This document shows positions 1-11,800 of a stretch of DNA of 64,000 nt, in pieces. The DNA is taken from positions 77,660 to 141,659 of the forward strand of contig NMRA01000799.1 of NCBI GenBank assembly GCA_002633005.1, read 5' to 3'. The DNA comes from Phoronis australis. Taxonomy: Eukaryota > Animalia > Phoronida. The first letter of the stretch is position 1, and every line of letters starts with the position of its first letter. Position numbers and translations under genes: made by a program. The notes under the pieces were generated by a model, which saw nothing but the letters and a program-made list of their open reading frames with translations, ran no database searches and was not told the DNA's origin.

Positions 1-89
1 TTTGAAAAGCTCGTGTGTAGTTATGATACTCAGGAATTTGCCAGTGTCAAGTATAAAGATTTTCAAAAATTATGGTGTTTACTTTTACC

Positions 90-1200
90 TATGGCCTAGA
101 AGCTATTGTGGACAAAAAGTATTGAAAATATCCAGATCTTTTTTAGAAAAGAATCACTTTTTCGGAAATCAAGGATTGTCTCGGAAACGTTGAGTCCTAG
201 CTGAGTCACACAAAAACTGCGTAAGTCGTTCCAACAGTATTTTATGGACACGTTTTGTTTAATACAGAAGTGTCATGAAACACCTGACACTACACGGGAT
301 ATTTACAGCAGGTTAAACTACGTCTCATCATGTTTAGGTGGACAGAACCAAAAACGATTTATGCTTTATATTCTCATCAAACTGGTTTTATGATTTTACC
401 ATGAGTGGTGTTTATTTTCGTTGTCAACAAGAACACCTAGAAGCCATCAGTGACTCGGAAAAGCGATTCAAAGTTTATAGGGATAGGCCAACTTTAAAAT
501 TGCGTGTCTTCCGGTAAGTTGGTGACTACACACATCGTGATTTTTGTTTCTCAGTAATTTTTTATCATTATATTCAAAAATGGGACGGTCGAAAAAGTAA
601 CATCATCACCAGGGCGCACAGATGTCGGAAGAGTGCCTAAGAATGAGTCTGTGTAGAAAAAGACATTTCAAGTGTTTAAATATAAGTCAATGAAGATTTC
701 TTCAAGGAAGCGTATTTCGAGACTACACAACTGTCTCCACGGGTAGACGAAGTGTGGCTGAATATAGAGACCGGTTGGTGATTGACGGTAAAACCAAAAC
801 AGTTGAGAATACGAATGATGTTACGAGCTTCGGTTGAATGACAGCAGCTCAAGAGAGGTTCCACAGGAGTGTGTGTAAACGTATTCGTTTATTAGTAGCC
901 TAGATGAAAACGTCATCCTTCTTTACATCTAGATGTACATTCTCACAGCATAATGATTTTCAAGGTTTTAAACTATACAAAACGGTTAGAAATTGCTTAA
1001 CCTGAAACAACTATTAAGTACAATGTAAATCTATTGTTAAAAAATGGGTCATTTTTAAATTCATTATCCAAGAAACAAAAACTGCAATTAATCCAGCCTA
1101 TGTCTAAACTACCCACATACATATATTATACTACTTATATGTTGCAAAAAATTGACCGTTGACGGGTTTCTCATCAAGGTTTATAGTGAGACTAGGCAAA
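90..1200 (+). repeat. Downstream-flank segment of the SLC22 tandem unit (implies another copy upstream)
   Basis: CCTAGAAGCTATTG...TCCAGATCTTTT...GATTGTCTCGGAA at ~95-190 recurs at ~28036, ~54320 and ~57990; 215-620 matches 58130-58570; 945-1200 matches 60100-60343. Confidence 0.85.
676..800 (+). mobile_element. Decayed LINE ORF1 C-terminal fragment (paralogous copy at ~59825-59970)
   Basis: VNEDF...RDRLVIDGK here; STTYVNENLPQEMVANRKRI...RDRLVIDGK at ~59825. Resembles the ORF1 ends of CR1/L2-like LINEs; recognised from memory. Confidence 0.45.
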
Positions 1201-2385
1201 ACGCGCACAAAAACACTCAGTTTAAAGGACCTGTGTCCATGAGTGAAGCCTGCGTGTCAGACTTATCTGACATGCTCTTCGGTATTTTTCGAAGCAAAAC
1301 ACATTAGTTTAATTGCTTCGGACACAACCGTATTCGTGTAAATGCACGAAAACAATGGAGTTAAAGTAACAAAGAACGTAAACAAGAATAAATTGCATTA
1401 CTGGACGTGCTTCTGTGACACTGAAACAGAATTCAAACTGTTAACCAGGCATTTTTACGTTTTGTCCGTAAAAATTTTGAATTTCTGTTGATATAAGAGC
1501 ATCTTCCTTCAGTTTCAATTAAAAAAAACGATGTGTCAAATGGTCGTCACTTCCTTGATTTTCCTCCTACACGGCAAAGCACCTCACCTTATTTGGTATG
1601 GCATGACATAGTCGTAGCACAATTCCTTTTTATGGGAAATTTGACTGTTGACGTTAAAGGAGAATGCCACCCGATTTAGTCTTTTTTACCGTCTTAACTG
1701 CACTATATCCACATAGCCTCTTATACAGACGACCTCAGCTTGACGAGAGTTGTCGCGGTAACTTGTGAGGAAGGTGAGAAACGACGCAGCGACGTCAGTG
1801 ATTCATCTGCAGAGTGAATGCCGCTTGTCCTAACTACTATGAAGCTGCGAAGAAAACGGGTATATCATTTTTTCGACTTCATCGAATGCCCAAATGCTTA
1901 GGAAGTGGCTCGCGGTAGTGAAGAATGGAAAGTACGCTGTTAATAGCAAAAAAAATAGTATGAGGCCGTGAAACATCTCCGTGTCTGTGGCCGGCATTTC
2001 GTCGACAGAGATTTCTCTGACAAATTCCGGCTTACCAAGGAACTAACCATACGTTCTGTTGCCTGTGCATGTTCGTGGCGCCTCTTGTATTTCTTGTTCA
2101 GTGTATTCGGGTTCGAACTGATAGCCTGAGAAACCTAACGATCCGACCCATAGCTCTCGACAAAGTTAGGATTGGCGCCGGGCGAGTTGCCGTGCATGTA
2201 GACGCTTATAATTCTGCGTTCTGTTTCAAAATGATTTTTTCTCCCCCTAACCAATGCTTATATAAAACTGACACAAATTCTGTGCCATTGGGAATATTCG
2301 TGAGTGCAAATTTTTTGATAAGCCAGCAATGAATAAAGCACTGCTTTACTCGGCCGGCTTTAGATGTTATAAAGGTACATGTAAT

Positions 2386-5082
2386 GGGGCTATTCGGAGG
2401 ATTCTCCTCGCGGTGTCGCTGCTGTACTAGTGGTTATTGAATTGCGCATGCGTGGCTGTCTGCATGTAAACAGCTGGTAAAAGGTGGTATTTTTATCAAA
2501 ATACGTCGTCGCGCTAAGCCTTATTACTGCTAATTTCCCTGGTGCAAGTCTTCGACAGGTGGCCACAAATTCCCAAAAGACCTAAGGTTACTATGTTCGT
2601 GGACAATTGCGGTCAACAGGGTCAACTAACTGACAAAAAGTGTGTAGATGCTGAAGCCCCGTGTGTGCTCTATGACTATGCAGTACGTTCCTGGCATTCA
2701 GAGACTACACAACATTACTTGGTGAGTTTTAGCAATCAGTTTCTATCAACATCGTTCGGTGATGTTATCCCCACCAGTTACCCCACTGAATAACAGGTTT
2801 ATTGAGTGGAACTAAGTGTTTCTTTTTGGAAACTCACCCGATGCCGGGTAGGCTAGCAGCACATATTCATATTGTCCTGGGTGGGAGTGCTCCCAAAATA
2901 AGAGGTGTATGGTACGTGATGCACAGAAGTCAAGAGTGACTTTTTCACAGCAGTTTTTCTTCAAAACTATGCTGTTTCCAATAAAATTCTCTAGATGAGT
3001 GAGTTTCCTTATTTTATCGTGGACCCCACCCCCAGGACCACCAGCTCAGTTATCAAATTAACATGAATAAGCCTTAATTTAGTAAATGTCGTAACATTGC
3101 AATGGAAAAAAATTGCTTGTTGAGATCAGAAGCACATTTTAAGTGTCATGAAAAATACACATTGTTAAATCACTTTTAGCCTGTTTCACATATTTTAATT
3201 CAGATATTAAATAAGACTTGGGTACAAAGGTTATTAGTTTCTACGCATCAACATGAAGATGAAATGTATGTTCTGCCTTACAAAAGTAGTTTTGTCTGGT
3301 CTTTTCTTTTACAATTTGCTAATATTTCTATTCTGTTACAGGCGAGAAAAAACAACTGAAACCAACCGCCTGACCATCTATTTCACCGGTGGAAAAAGTG
3401 AAAAGCAATCCTTCAGCAATAACCTGAGAGAATTGAACGTAATTCAGAACTTCATCACCTGATATGCCTGATTATGGACTCCCTTGCAATGTTGTTTCTT
3501 TCTGTGCTTTTTCAGTTTGCCATTTGTTTTTAAATACAGTGATAATTGTTTATTCTCGAATCTTGTGCATAGCAGATTCTTATTCAGCTAGCTACAATTG
3601 AAAACATACAATAAGACAATCGATGCAGTCACTGAATGTCATTTCCCCATAATCTGTACCAAATTGAAAAGTTTTTACCAATAGTATAAAGCCTTTCTTC
3701 TGAAAGGAAAATTTAATGTCACTCAGCTTTTGGCTTTCATTTCACTGGGTTCTAGTTTCAATGGCCTATAGAAGCGCTTGTAACCGTAAAAAAGGTCAAG
3801 TTTCAACACGTGGCTTTCTTTCATGTAACCTCGTTCAGCCTCAATAACATCCACAATTAGACCCTTGAAGGTAAACACAGCAGCATATCACTTGAATCGT
3901 TTTGAGCCCAAAATCAGACTCTGAACTAGACCAGAGTGTGACTAGGTCTTCTTTAGCTTCAGTCCCTCATGTTTCTTCCAGGAAAGGAAATAAGCTATTG
4001 TCCACACATGACTCATTGCCTATGAAAGGGCATCCTCACCAACAAGGCTTATTTGTGTAGNNNNNNNNNNNNNNNNNNNNNNNNNNNNNNNNNNNNNNNN
4101 NNNNNNNNNNNNNNNNNNNNNNNNNNNNNNGTGAAGGTTAAGAATTACCTCACCATGCTCTTTTCCCCAAACATGTATTACCTGTTATTTCCACACATTC
4201 AGTTGTACCAAATATTACAACCCCCCATGCCAATCCCCCCTCGGGACCTGAATAAGTAATTTAACAAAATGACTTTAAAAATAGCTGTTCCTTTTCAAAG
4301 GCTTTGTTCGTTGTCTCCGATATTGAAAGTAGGCTTTGACAACAGATCTGCACTGGATGGGAAGATCTTGTTGGTTAGCTGCAGTCAAATGCTAAAAACC
4401 AATTTTTGTCCATTCAGGGACGGTGCAGTCTGCAGAAGCGATGCATATCTCCTCTGCACGGTACAAGCCTTCAAACCTAAAAACCAAAGGTTACGTGAAA
4501 ACTGACGTGATAGATTTCCATTTCAACGTGTAATAGATTTCCAGAAGACATATGATAGGGAGTAAACAAATACTAGTCTAATACGTACCCTTTGCCATTG
4601 GGATTGGATTGTAATCTTAACTCATTAAACTGTATAGAGTTGACAGCATAAACATTCAGCATTGATTGATGTAACTGTCACTGATAAACTTTTAGAAATC
4701 ATTCCAAACAATAATAATACTTTGATGTACGAAAAGATCACGATTGCTACGTCAAGTATCGTATCACATATCACAACATACAAAGATTAACCAGACTCTG
4801 GCTGGCGACTGACTGCCGCGAAGTCGACATCGGCGAGTACCTCAGTTAACAGGCATCGGTAGAATAATCATGGAATAATCGTTAAAACAAACCTTACCTT
4901 TGTATGAGGTCGTGCTTACTTCCTCTCATAGAAGCACCCTTTTTACGCAATCTCAGATTTAGTTGGCACGGCTGCAAGACATTTCACTATGTATTTAAAG
5001 GGCTCGCGAAATCGAGGCTGTTAATCTAACAACACTAGTACACGCACGCCCTCTAGTTATTGTAGATTTTCCGAATAGCCCC
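2386..5082. mobile_element. ISL2EU (PHIS)-type DNA transposon nested in the Kolobok-type element
   Basis: AT|GGGGCTATTCGGA ... TCCGAATAGCCCC|AT (perfect 13-bp TIR, AT TSD). Possible THAP tail LKPTA*PSIF at ~3357-3386. The element spans an assembly gap. Confidence 0.65.
4061..4130. other. Assembly gap (70 N)
   Basis: Run of N in the sequence. Confidence 1.
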
Positions 5083-6540
5083 ATTGACCGGGCACCGAGG
5101 CTGTGTGAGCGCATGGTAACTCAGTGTTTGCTGACAGAAAGCTGTTGTGAAACAAAAACTCGATTTTATATGCTATGCTCACATGTTAGGGGAATCTTTA
5201 TTTAGATATACAAATACATTATTCAAATCATTGTTACTGTATAACCTTTGCACTGGCGATTCTGGGGAAGGGGCACCTGTCTTCTTCGCGGACCCCGACA
5301 AGTAAGTAGATTTTCAGTTTCGTGGATAATTCACATAAATAGTTGCGTGCACATTATTTCTTTGGCTCACGATTATAGTCTTCGTGACTGGCAGTTTAGT
5401 TTCCAATTCAAGCTGGTTTATGTTAGTGCCAGTCCCGGCGGCCGCGACGTGCCTGATCGGATTCCGAGCCACTTACGGGGAGTGACAAGCGTTTTGTCTA
5501 TACATCTGAAATAATCGCAAATTTAAAAGTACAACACACAGCTATGTTCCCCCGTCTGTATTTCACGGACGAATAATTCGAATTCATCACCAATCAGACC
5601 CAAACTCCCGCGATCGACCATGGTAAATTGGCCTACCGAACTTTGTAGGCTACGGTACTCTCAAATACCTAAAAATCCGTAGCAGTGAAATAAAACAACA
5701 CGTTTGTTCCAGAACTCAATGTATTTGTAAGGGGTTTACAGCGAATGTTGATGACTTATAGGTTTAAAACGATGAAGTCAAGCGATAAGTTGATAACAGT
5801 AGGCATGTTGGGAACGGCTAAACAGACAGCGTTCGAACCGATTACGTCATTGGTTAATTTCAATACCTCCGTCTGCCGTTAGGTGTCAGGTAAAACAAGT
5901 GAACTTGCTGTTATGGAGTGGCACTACTCGATCTAAACTGAAACAAAATAGGTTGCTTTTTGGGTTGCATTCTCCTTTAAGGTAAAGAAACAATGGTGAT
6001 CACAGACAGCAGTCAGTAGTCAGACAGCCTTGTCCCCAAAGCGTCGAGATGGTTTAGCCATTCGAGACTTGATGATGAGAAACTCACTTGTCAGAACTCT
6101 GACATATATTTACGAAAATTGCCGGAATATCACGAGTTACATAAAGTCATATCACACCTGAAATTTGCTGTAGTATAATACAAAAATCAAAATCAGCTGT
6201 AATTATGCAACGATTTAGGTCATTGAAAATTGATGCATTTAAATTCAAAAGCAGGATATATTCCATGGTGCTGTGAGTAAAACAGAACCGACAATAACTT
6301 CGCGAGCACCTCTTTTTTCAACCAATAACGAAAACAGTGACTTCTGCTTCCCACTCACGATTGGTACCAACAGCAGCGCCTGTGGAAATAGTCAAATCTG
6401 CACATGGATCTCATTTATTTTCTAAGAAAAACATTCAAATTTGTCACATCAAAGAAGCAAGGACAAGACTTGAGGTATTTCAAGTATTCAAATGTTTGTC
6501 CGCAGTGAACGTCGTCTACGTCACCACGAAGAAGGTATTT

Positions 6541-6582
6541 CTCTTTACTAAACCTCTTTACTAAACCTCTTTACTAAACCTC
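6541..6582 (+). repeat. 13-bp tandem repeat (CTCTTTACTAAAC x3)
   Basis: Seen directly; not repeated at the paralogous sites ~28383 and ~60638. Confidence 0.85.
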
Positions 6583-6689
6583 AAATGGCTGAACTGATCA
6601 GCGCCATCTTGAGGTTTGGCGGGACGAGGTTGCCACTCCGACTTCTTTGGGCGCATGCACACATTTACAGTTCTTAGGTGCGGCTAATT

Positions 6690-7723
6690 TAAAAACCGGA
6701 TTGGGATGGAAGACTTTGTGATGCTTGGATGTTTCGCCGAGGCGTTAGTGACGATCCATAGTTGGTTGTTGAGGCGGGTTAGGGTAATCATGGGTGGAGA
6801 GTGCTTTTTGGGCCGAGATAAAAGCAACGATTTACACATCAATCTATGCAATGCTAATTTTAAGTTAGCACTCGTAGATGGAGGTGTCCGGGGGAAGTGG
6901 AAAAATGCACAGTAGGGGATGACCTTCGACATAGATTTCGTGGACATGTTGAAGGAAAGCAATTGTCGAACAGTACTGGGTTTTGACAGGAGGGAAAAGT
7001 GGTTGTACCAGTTGACTGGCTTGCAAAGCACCCATTTCCAAAATCCAGTCAAGAACTGTTCTGTTTTTGAGTACTAAGACTGTTCTCTTAGAGGTTGGAC
7101 GGATATTGGCTTGCGAAAACAAAAATCATTTCCAGTTTAATTCAGTGGTCTTCTACCAAGTTTAGTAACGACTTCTGCTTTCATAAAATTCCCCAGTTCA
7201 TGACATGTCAGTTGTTCCTGTGCAATTTTTGTAGCAACTGAAACCTAAAAATGGGTTGGACACCAATCGTAAGGTCGGTCTTGACTATGAATAACTATTG
7301 ACCTATCTTCTGAAAAAAGAGTCTACGCCAGGCATACGTGGGCGTTGGGGCTTTGCGTACCGTTCGACGTCTGCGATACGTGTAACTAAACGAAAACCGC
7401 CAAAGGATTTCTTGACTTAAGACGAAAGCTTGAAATACTCTAACTTGTCGATCAGCAGCAGGCAGAATACTGCTGGAATCGACGGGCACAAAACAACATT
7501 GACGTAGAGGTAGAGTTGACGGCGTACAGGTGATGGTAGGTGGCGCAACTGGAACTTCTGCGGCCGCGAACACTGGGTTCACCACGCAAAATAGTTGATC
7601 TCTTCGAAAAAATCGTGATTCGTCGGTGAAAGGATGTCCCTTATAATAGGTAATGCATAGAAGACGTGGAATCCTGGATACATCTGAGCTCCTCAAGTAG
7701 TGAGCTTGAGAAATGTCAGTCAT
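6690..7723 (-). mobile_element. Degenerate Ty3/Gypsy LTR-retrotransposon pol relic (pre-RT region, RT, start of RNase H)
   Basis: Minus-strand pieces across frames: VDSSSILP; [48 protein letters not shown]; EQLTCHELGNFMKAEVVTKL; RTVLDWILEMGALQAS; AFISAQKALSTH..ITLTRLNNQLWIVTNAS. They are colinear with invertebrate Gypsy pol motifs recalled from memory. Confidence 0.72.
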
Positions 7724-8129
7724 TTTTATAGGAAAGACGTGCTGTGCAACTCGGCACCGTATCTACACTAAATAAGTTGGGATAGACCTGGGTTGACTAG
7801 CTTGAGAGGGTCAGCCAATTAAATTCAGTCGTGCGTATAACGCCAACAATTCAATACCCTTGAAGAGGCAACTTAAATTCAAATATTACCGGATGTTTTT
7901 CAGATGTTAACCAAGCGTTACACTCTTTGTAGATTTTAATCGCCATTCAGTGGTATGTTTTCACTGTGTTCCGGAGTTCCATTGTCAAAATAAATTGATT
8001 TCTGGTGCTGCAATTATTTCCACTATTTAACATTAGTCAAATGATATGCAGATGTGTTATTTGTGTTTGACCGGGATAAAATCTACAAGAGAAGTTTATG
8101 TCATGTAATTTTGATGTGAGGCTGACAGA

Positions 8130-8143
8130 TGACCCAAAGGTCA
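8130..8143 (+). promoter_or_regulatory. Candidate nuclear-receptor element TGACCCAAAGGTCA upstream of gene 1
   Basis: Motif match only; TGACTCAAAGGTCA at the same position before gene 3 (62013); deleted before gene 2. Confidence 0.25.
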
Positions 8144-8376
8144 CATACATGTAACAAAGAGATTGACCCTTTTACCTTTCAAGTGCTGGCTTACATGTGT
8201 TTACGAGGACGCAAGAGATGTGAATACATGTAGTTGCCCAGTCGTGAATAACGCTCAGTGCGATCAAAGCTTCTGATGGAAGAGGATTGTTAGGCGCAAC
8301 TGCTTTGCTGTTCAAAAGTGACGTTGAAGTCTTTCATCAACCAACTTACAGTAACAGCCAACCTTGACCACGTGAA

Positions 8377-8814
8377 ATGAATGTTGAGAAGTTTTTCGAA
8401 GTAACTGGGGGATTTGGAAAATTCCAGAAACTACATTACAGCTTGTTGTCACTATGTGGACTTCTAGGTGCATTTTCTATGATGCCTTACGTCTTTCTAA
8501 CTGCCATCCCTGACTACTGGTGTGCTCCGCCGGTAGAATTCCTGAATCTATCTCTAGCTGAACGAAAAGTTCTAACTATACCAGTAGAGAGTTCGAAGGA
8601 ATACAGCAAATGTACAATGTTCGACTGGTCTGGAATAAATGAAACCAGCAGTTGGAATGCCACAGTTTTCAAGTACAAGCAAACTTTGTCAACGTGGAAT
8701 CAGACAGAGAGTGATGGATTGGGATACTCGTTAAATGTCTCCTCGCTACCGATTAAACAGTGTTCATCCTGGGAATACGATAGATCATTGTATTCCAGTT
8801 CTGTTGTCATGGAG
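8377..8814 (+). CDS. SLC22 gene 1 exon 1 (TM1 and large glycosylated loop)
   Basis: ATG at 8377; MNVEKFFEVTGGFGKFQ...SSVVME; donor GTAAGG at 8815, phase 0. Confidence 0.93.
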
Positions 8815-11800
8815 GTAAGGTGAAGTTCATGTGCTTCCGCTGGTGCATACAATGGCAAATCCGTATCATTACTTAGAGTGCAGCAAAACCACATGCAAGC
8901 GTCTACATCTGTCCACTCATTTTACATTATGGTCCTTGGTTTTTTGCTTCCAAGGATAATTGGACCCCAACATTTTGTCTAGATTTCAGCGATCCAGTAG
9001 TATGGTATTTTCGGTAACCAATTAGACCAGCAAATGCCAATCAAAAATCGTTTAAGGACTAAGGTATAGTGCTGGATTTACCTAACAAAGACATTATGTT
9101 ACTTTCGGAATAGTTCGCCTGACGACGCTGTGTTAGCTTGAAATGTTATTCGTCAACGAAGCACTATTCCGTAAGTAGCATAATCTCTTAATCTCTTTGC
9201 TGGCTAGATCAAGCACTGCGCTAAATGATATTGACTGCGATTTGGCAACATGCTGGATTGTGGCGTAATTTAGATATTTTGGTGTACTCACACGACTGTC
9301 ACCCGCCCTCTTCCATCCGAATTGTATAAAATATTTCGTAAGTTGTGTTTGCTCGTCTCGACCAAGGTGTGCCACTGAAAATTAGGTCAACACTGTGTAT
9401 TCGAGGTATTGGTCAATACTCACTTAAAACGAATATTTGTGTTGCAATGAACAACAAATGAACCATGACACACATTTTAAAATGTGGAAAGAGTCCATCA
9501 GTCTGCCCCAAGAATGGGTTCGCTCATACATTCGATGTACCACCAAAGTCAATTCCATATGATTCAATACACTAAGTGGCTTATGACAGGAAATGTATAC
9601 TCTGTGTTGTGCCCGTCAGAAATTCCACATTCTGGATGGGCTAGGCTATACAAAACCTATAGCGGGTAATTAAACAATAATGTTCTCAGCCAGGAGCATA
9701 AACCCTTTGTTAAGCCAGGTTTATTTTCACAGTCCAACTGGGACAATTGTTCACAAAGTACTACTTTTAATGACCTTCCACGGGAATGTAACCCTTGTTA
9801 TTAAACACCACTCAATTTCAAAAGGACTGTCTATTGTGTGTGACTAAAACCGAGGGTTTACTACCATCCGTAAAATTCTAAGCCACTATGTGTACTACAG
9901 TTTCCTCTTTAAAGACCAAAATGCAGAATCCCCGGCATGCTGTTGAAAAAACATCTATACGACGAAATGTTATTATAATTACTTACATTCTAAGTTAGGT
10001 AATGTGTGTTACATTTTTTTCCATTCGTTAAAGGCCTGCTCTGATGACGTTTCAGAAATTGTTGCATAACGAGAGTTTGGCAATCTTCCTACTAAATTAA
10101 TGGCAGAAAGGCCGAGATTGACCAGTTCGTGGGAGAAAAACACTCGTTGTCTCCCATTCGCTTTATCTCGGCACTACCATGCGAGTTTATCCGACCTCGA
10201 GGAGTTCTATTACAGGGATAATTTAGGAGTGCGCCCCACGTCATTGGTTCATAAAAATTCATTGACTAACTATAATTGCTTTGCTCTGGCAGATGAGTGT
10301 ACTAAAACTGTTATAGTTTTGCCTCATATTGCCGTGAATAATATCCATATAATGCAGAACAGTTGATCAAAGCGACAGTTTCAGTGACATGTGATATAGC
10401 ATATTGCTATTAATGCAAATCTCAACTGTAGATTCATTTGCTTAGTTAACTTGAAGTGCAGTTAGCCGTTCATTTTGGCCACCCTTGTAAGGTCCCCAGC
10501 TGTCACATCCAGAGTTCATTTTGGCCACCCTTGTAAGATCCCCAGCTCTCACATCCAGAGTTCATCTTGGCCACCCTTGTAAGGTCCTTAGCTGTCACTT
10601 CCAGAGTAACACCGGCAGACATCCATTTCTGTTCATAGGGTAGAGTTGCTGGTTTCGTATCGCTTAAAGATACGACTCCTTGTGCGTCAGGCTAAAGCAG
10701 CCATGGCATCAGGAGCTACATGTATCTTGTAGCCTGTAGTGGCTTCATACAAATGACCACACATGGGATTTAGAAAAAACAATGATAATGCCTTAGCTGC
10801 AAAACATGGTTTTAGAAAATACAATAAAAGTACCATTCAAGTGACTGTTTTTTTTCAAATTCGTACTTGTCAGACATCAGAATCGTATCAGTGGTACTTT
10901 ACTAATAACTACGTTTATTTTACACAACAAAGACGAAAAAGAAGACATCGTAGACAGTCAAACCTTCAATTGACAACATAGAAACCCATGAGAACAACGT
11001 TTCCAAATGAACCATCGTGTTCTTACGGAACCGTGCTAACATACCACGACAAAGATAACGAAATGAACGAGTCAACTATACTTATATTATCAACTTAAAT
11101 TGCCTTGTTTTTGAAAGTTGGTCAGTGTCTCCGTTGGAATATTCTAATTATGACAAACATAAAACAACCCCCGTTGGCTGGTTCTCATAGCATTCGGTGT
11201 TGGCTCATCGTCTGCAACGAACCCACACGACCCACTCCTCGCCATAGTCGCTCGTTTTGTCCAAACATACTAGACAAAACGTTTCGCCATATTTGCTATC
11301 TGATGAACTCAGTGACATCTTGATGGCGTTTTCTTTTCTTGGCTTTGAGCTTTTTCTGAACTTTCTTCACCTTTTTAGTACTTTCCATTTCGTCTTATAC
11401 GGGCTGCTGGTTAGTTTACGTGAATAAGTCGCCAAATATCAGTAAGTCCGTGCAATTCAAAAAGGCCATAGTATTTATCGAAGAGATCTGAAAGCAAGGC
11501 GGATGAAATCTTTCATGCAACCAATAGACATAGCTTCTGGGGTGCGAAGACTGAGTCCTGGATGTCGTCTCATGAAGCTGTTGTACCAGGTGTTGTAAGC
11601 AGACTGTTTTATATAGTTGTATTTAAGGATGTCCTGGGATTTTGCCAATTGATATGAAAGTTTCATAACGTGTTTTTGTGTGATACAAAAATTCTTCAAA
11701 ACCTATTCTATATTCTACCAAATCACCTTTTTCTTCTATTGGCAAAATAACTCTGGGGTCTCTACGTAGCTTGGTATCATGTTTAGCATACTTATTCAGA

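Larger units (their letters stand above)
1658..5976 (+). mobile_element. Kolobok-type DNA transposon (non-autonomous) with a THAP relic
   Basis: TTAA|AGGAGAATGCCACCC ... GGGTTGCATTCTCCT|TTAA (15-bp TIR with 1 mismatch; TSD 1654-1657 and 5977-5980). Frameshifted THAP at ~1825-2020: CPNY...GISFFRL...RKWL...RVCGRHFVDRDF. Confidence 0.75.

Noticed and set aside
6361-6373. TGGTACCAACAG as the primer-binding site of the Gypsy relic
   Set aside because: Wrong side and orientation for a minus-strand element; no LTR pair identified.
7295-7723. Minus-strand ORF MTDISQAHYL (also 61239-61622) as a divergent partner gene
   Set aside because: Part of the frameshifted Gypsy pol relic; the two copies have unrelated C-termini.
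10468-10605. 46-bp repeats as a CRISPR-like array
   Set aside because: Units abut with no unique spacers; eukaryotic intron; no cas genes.
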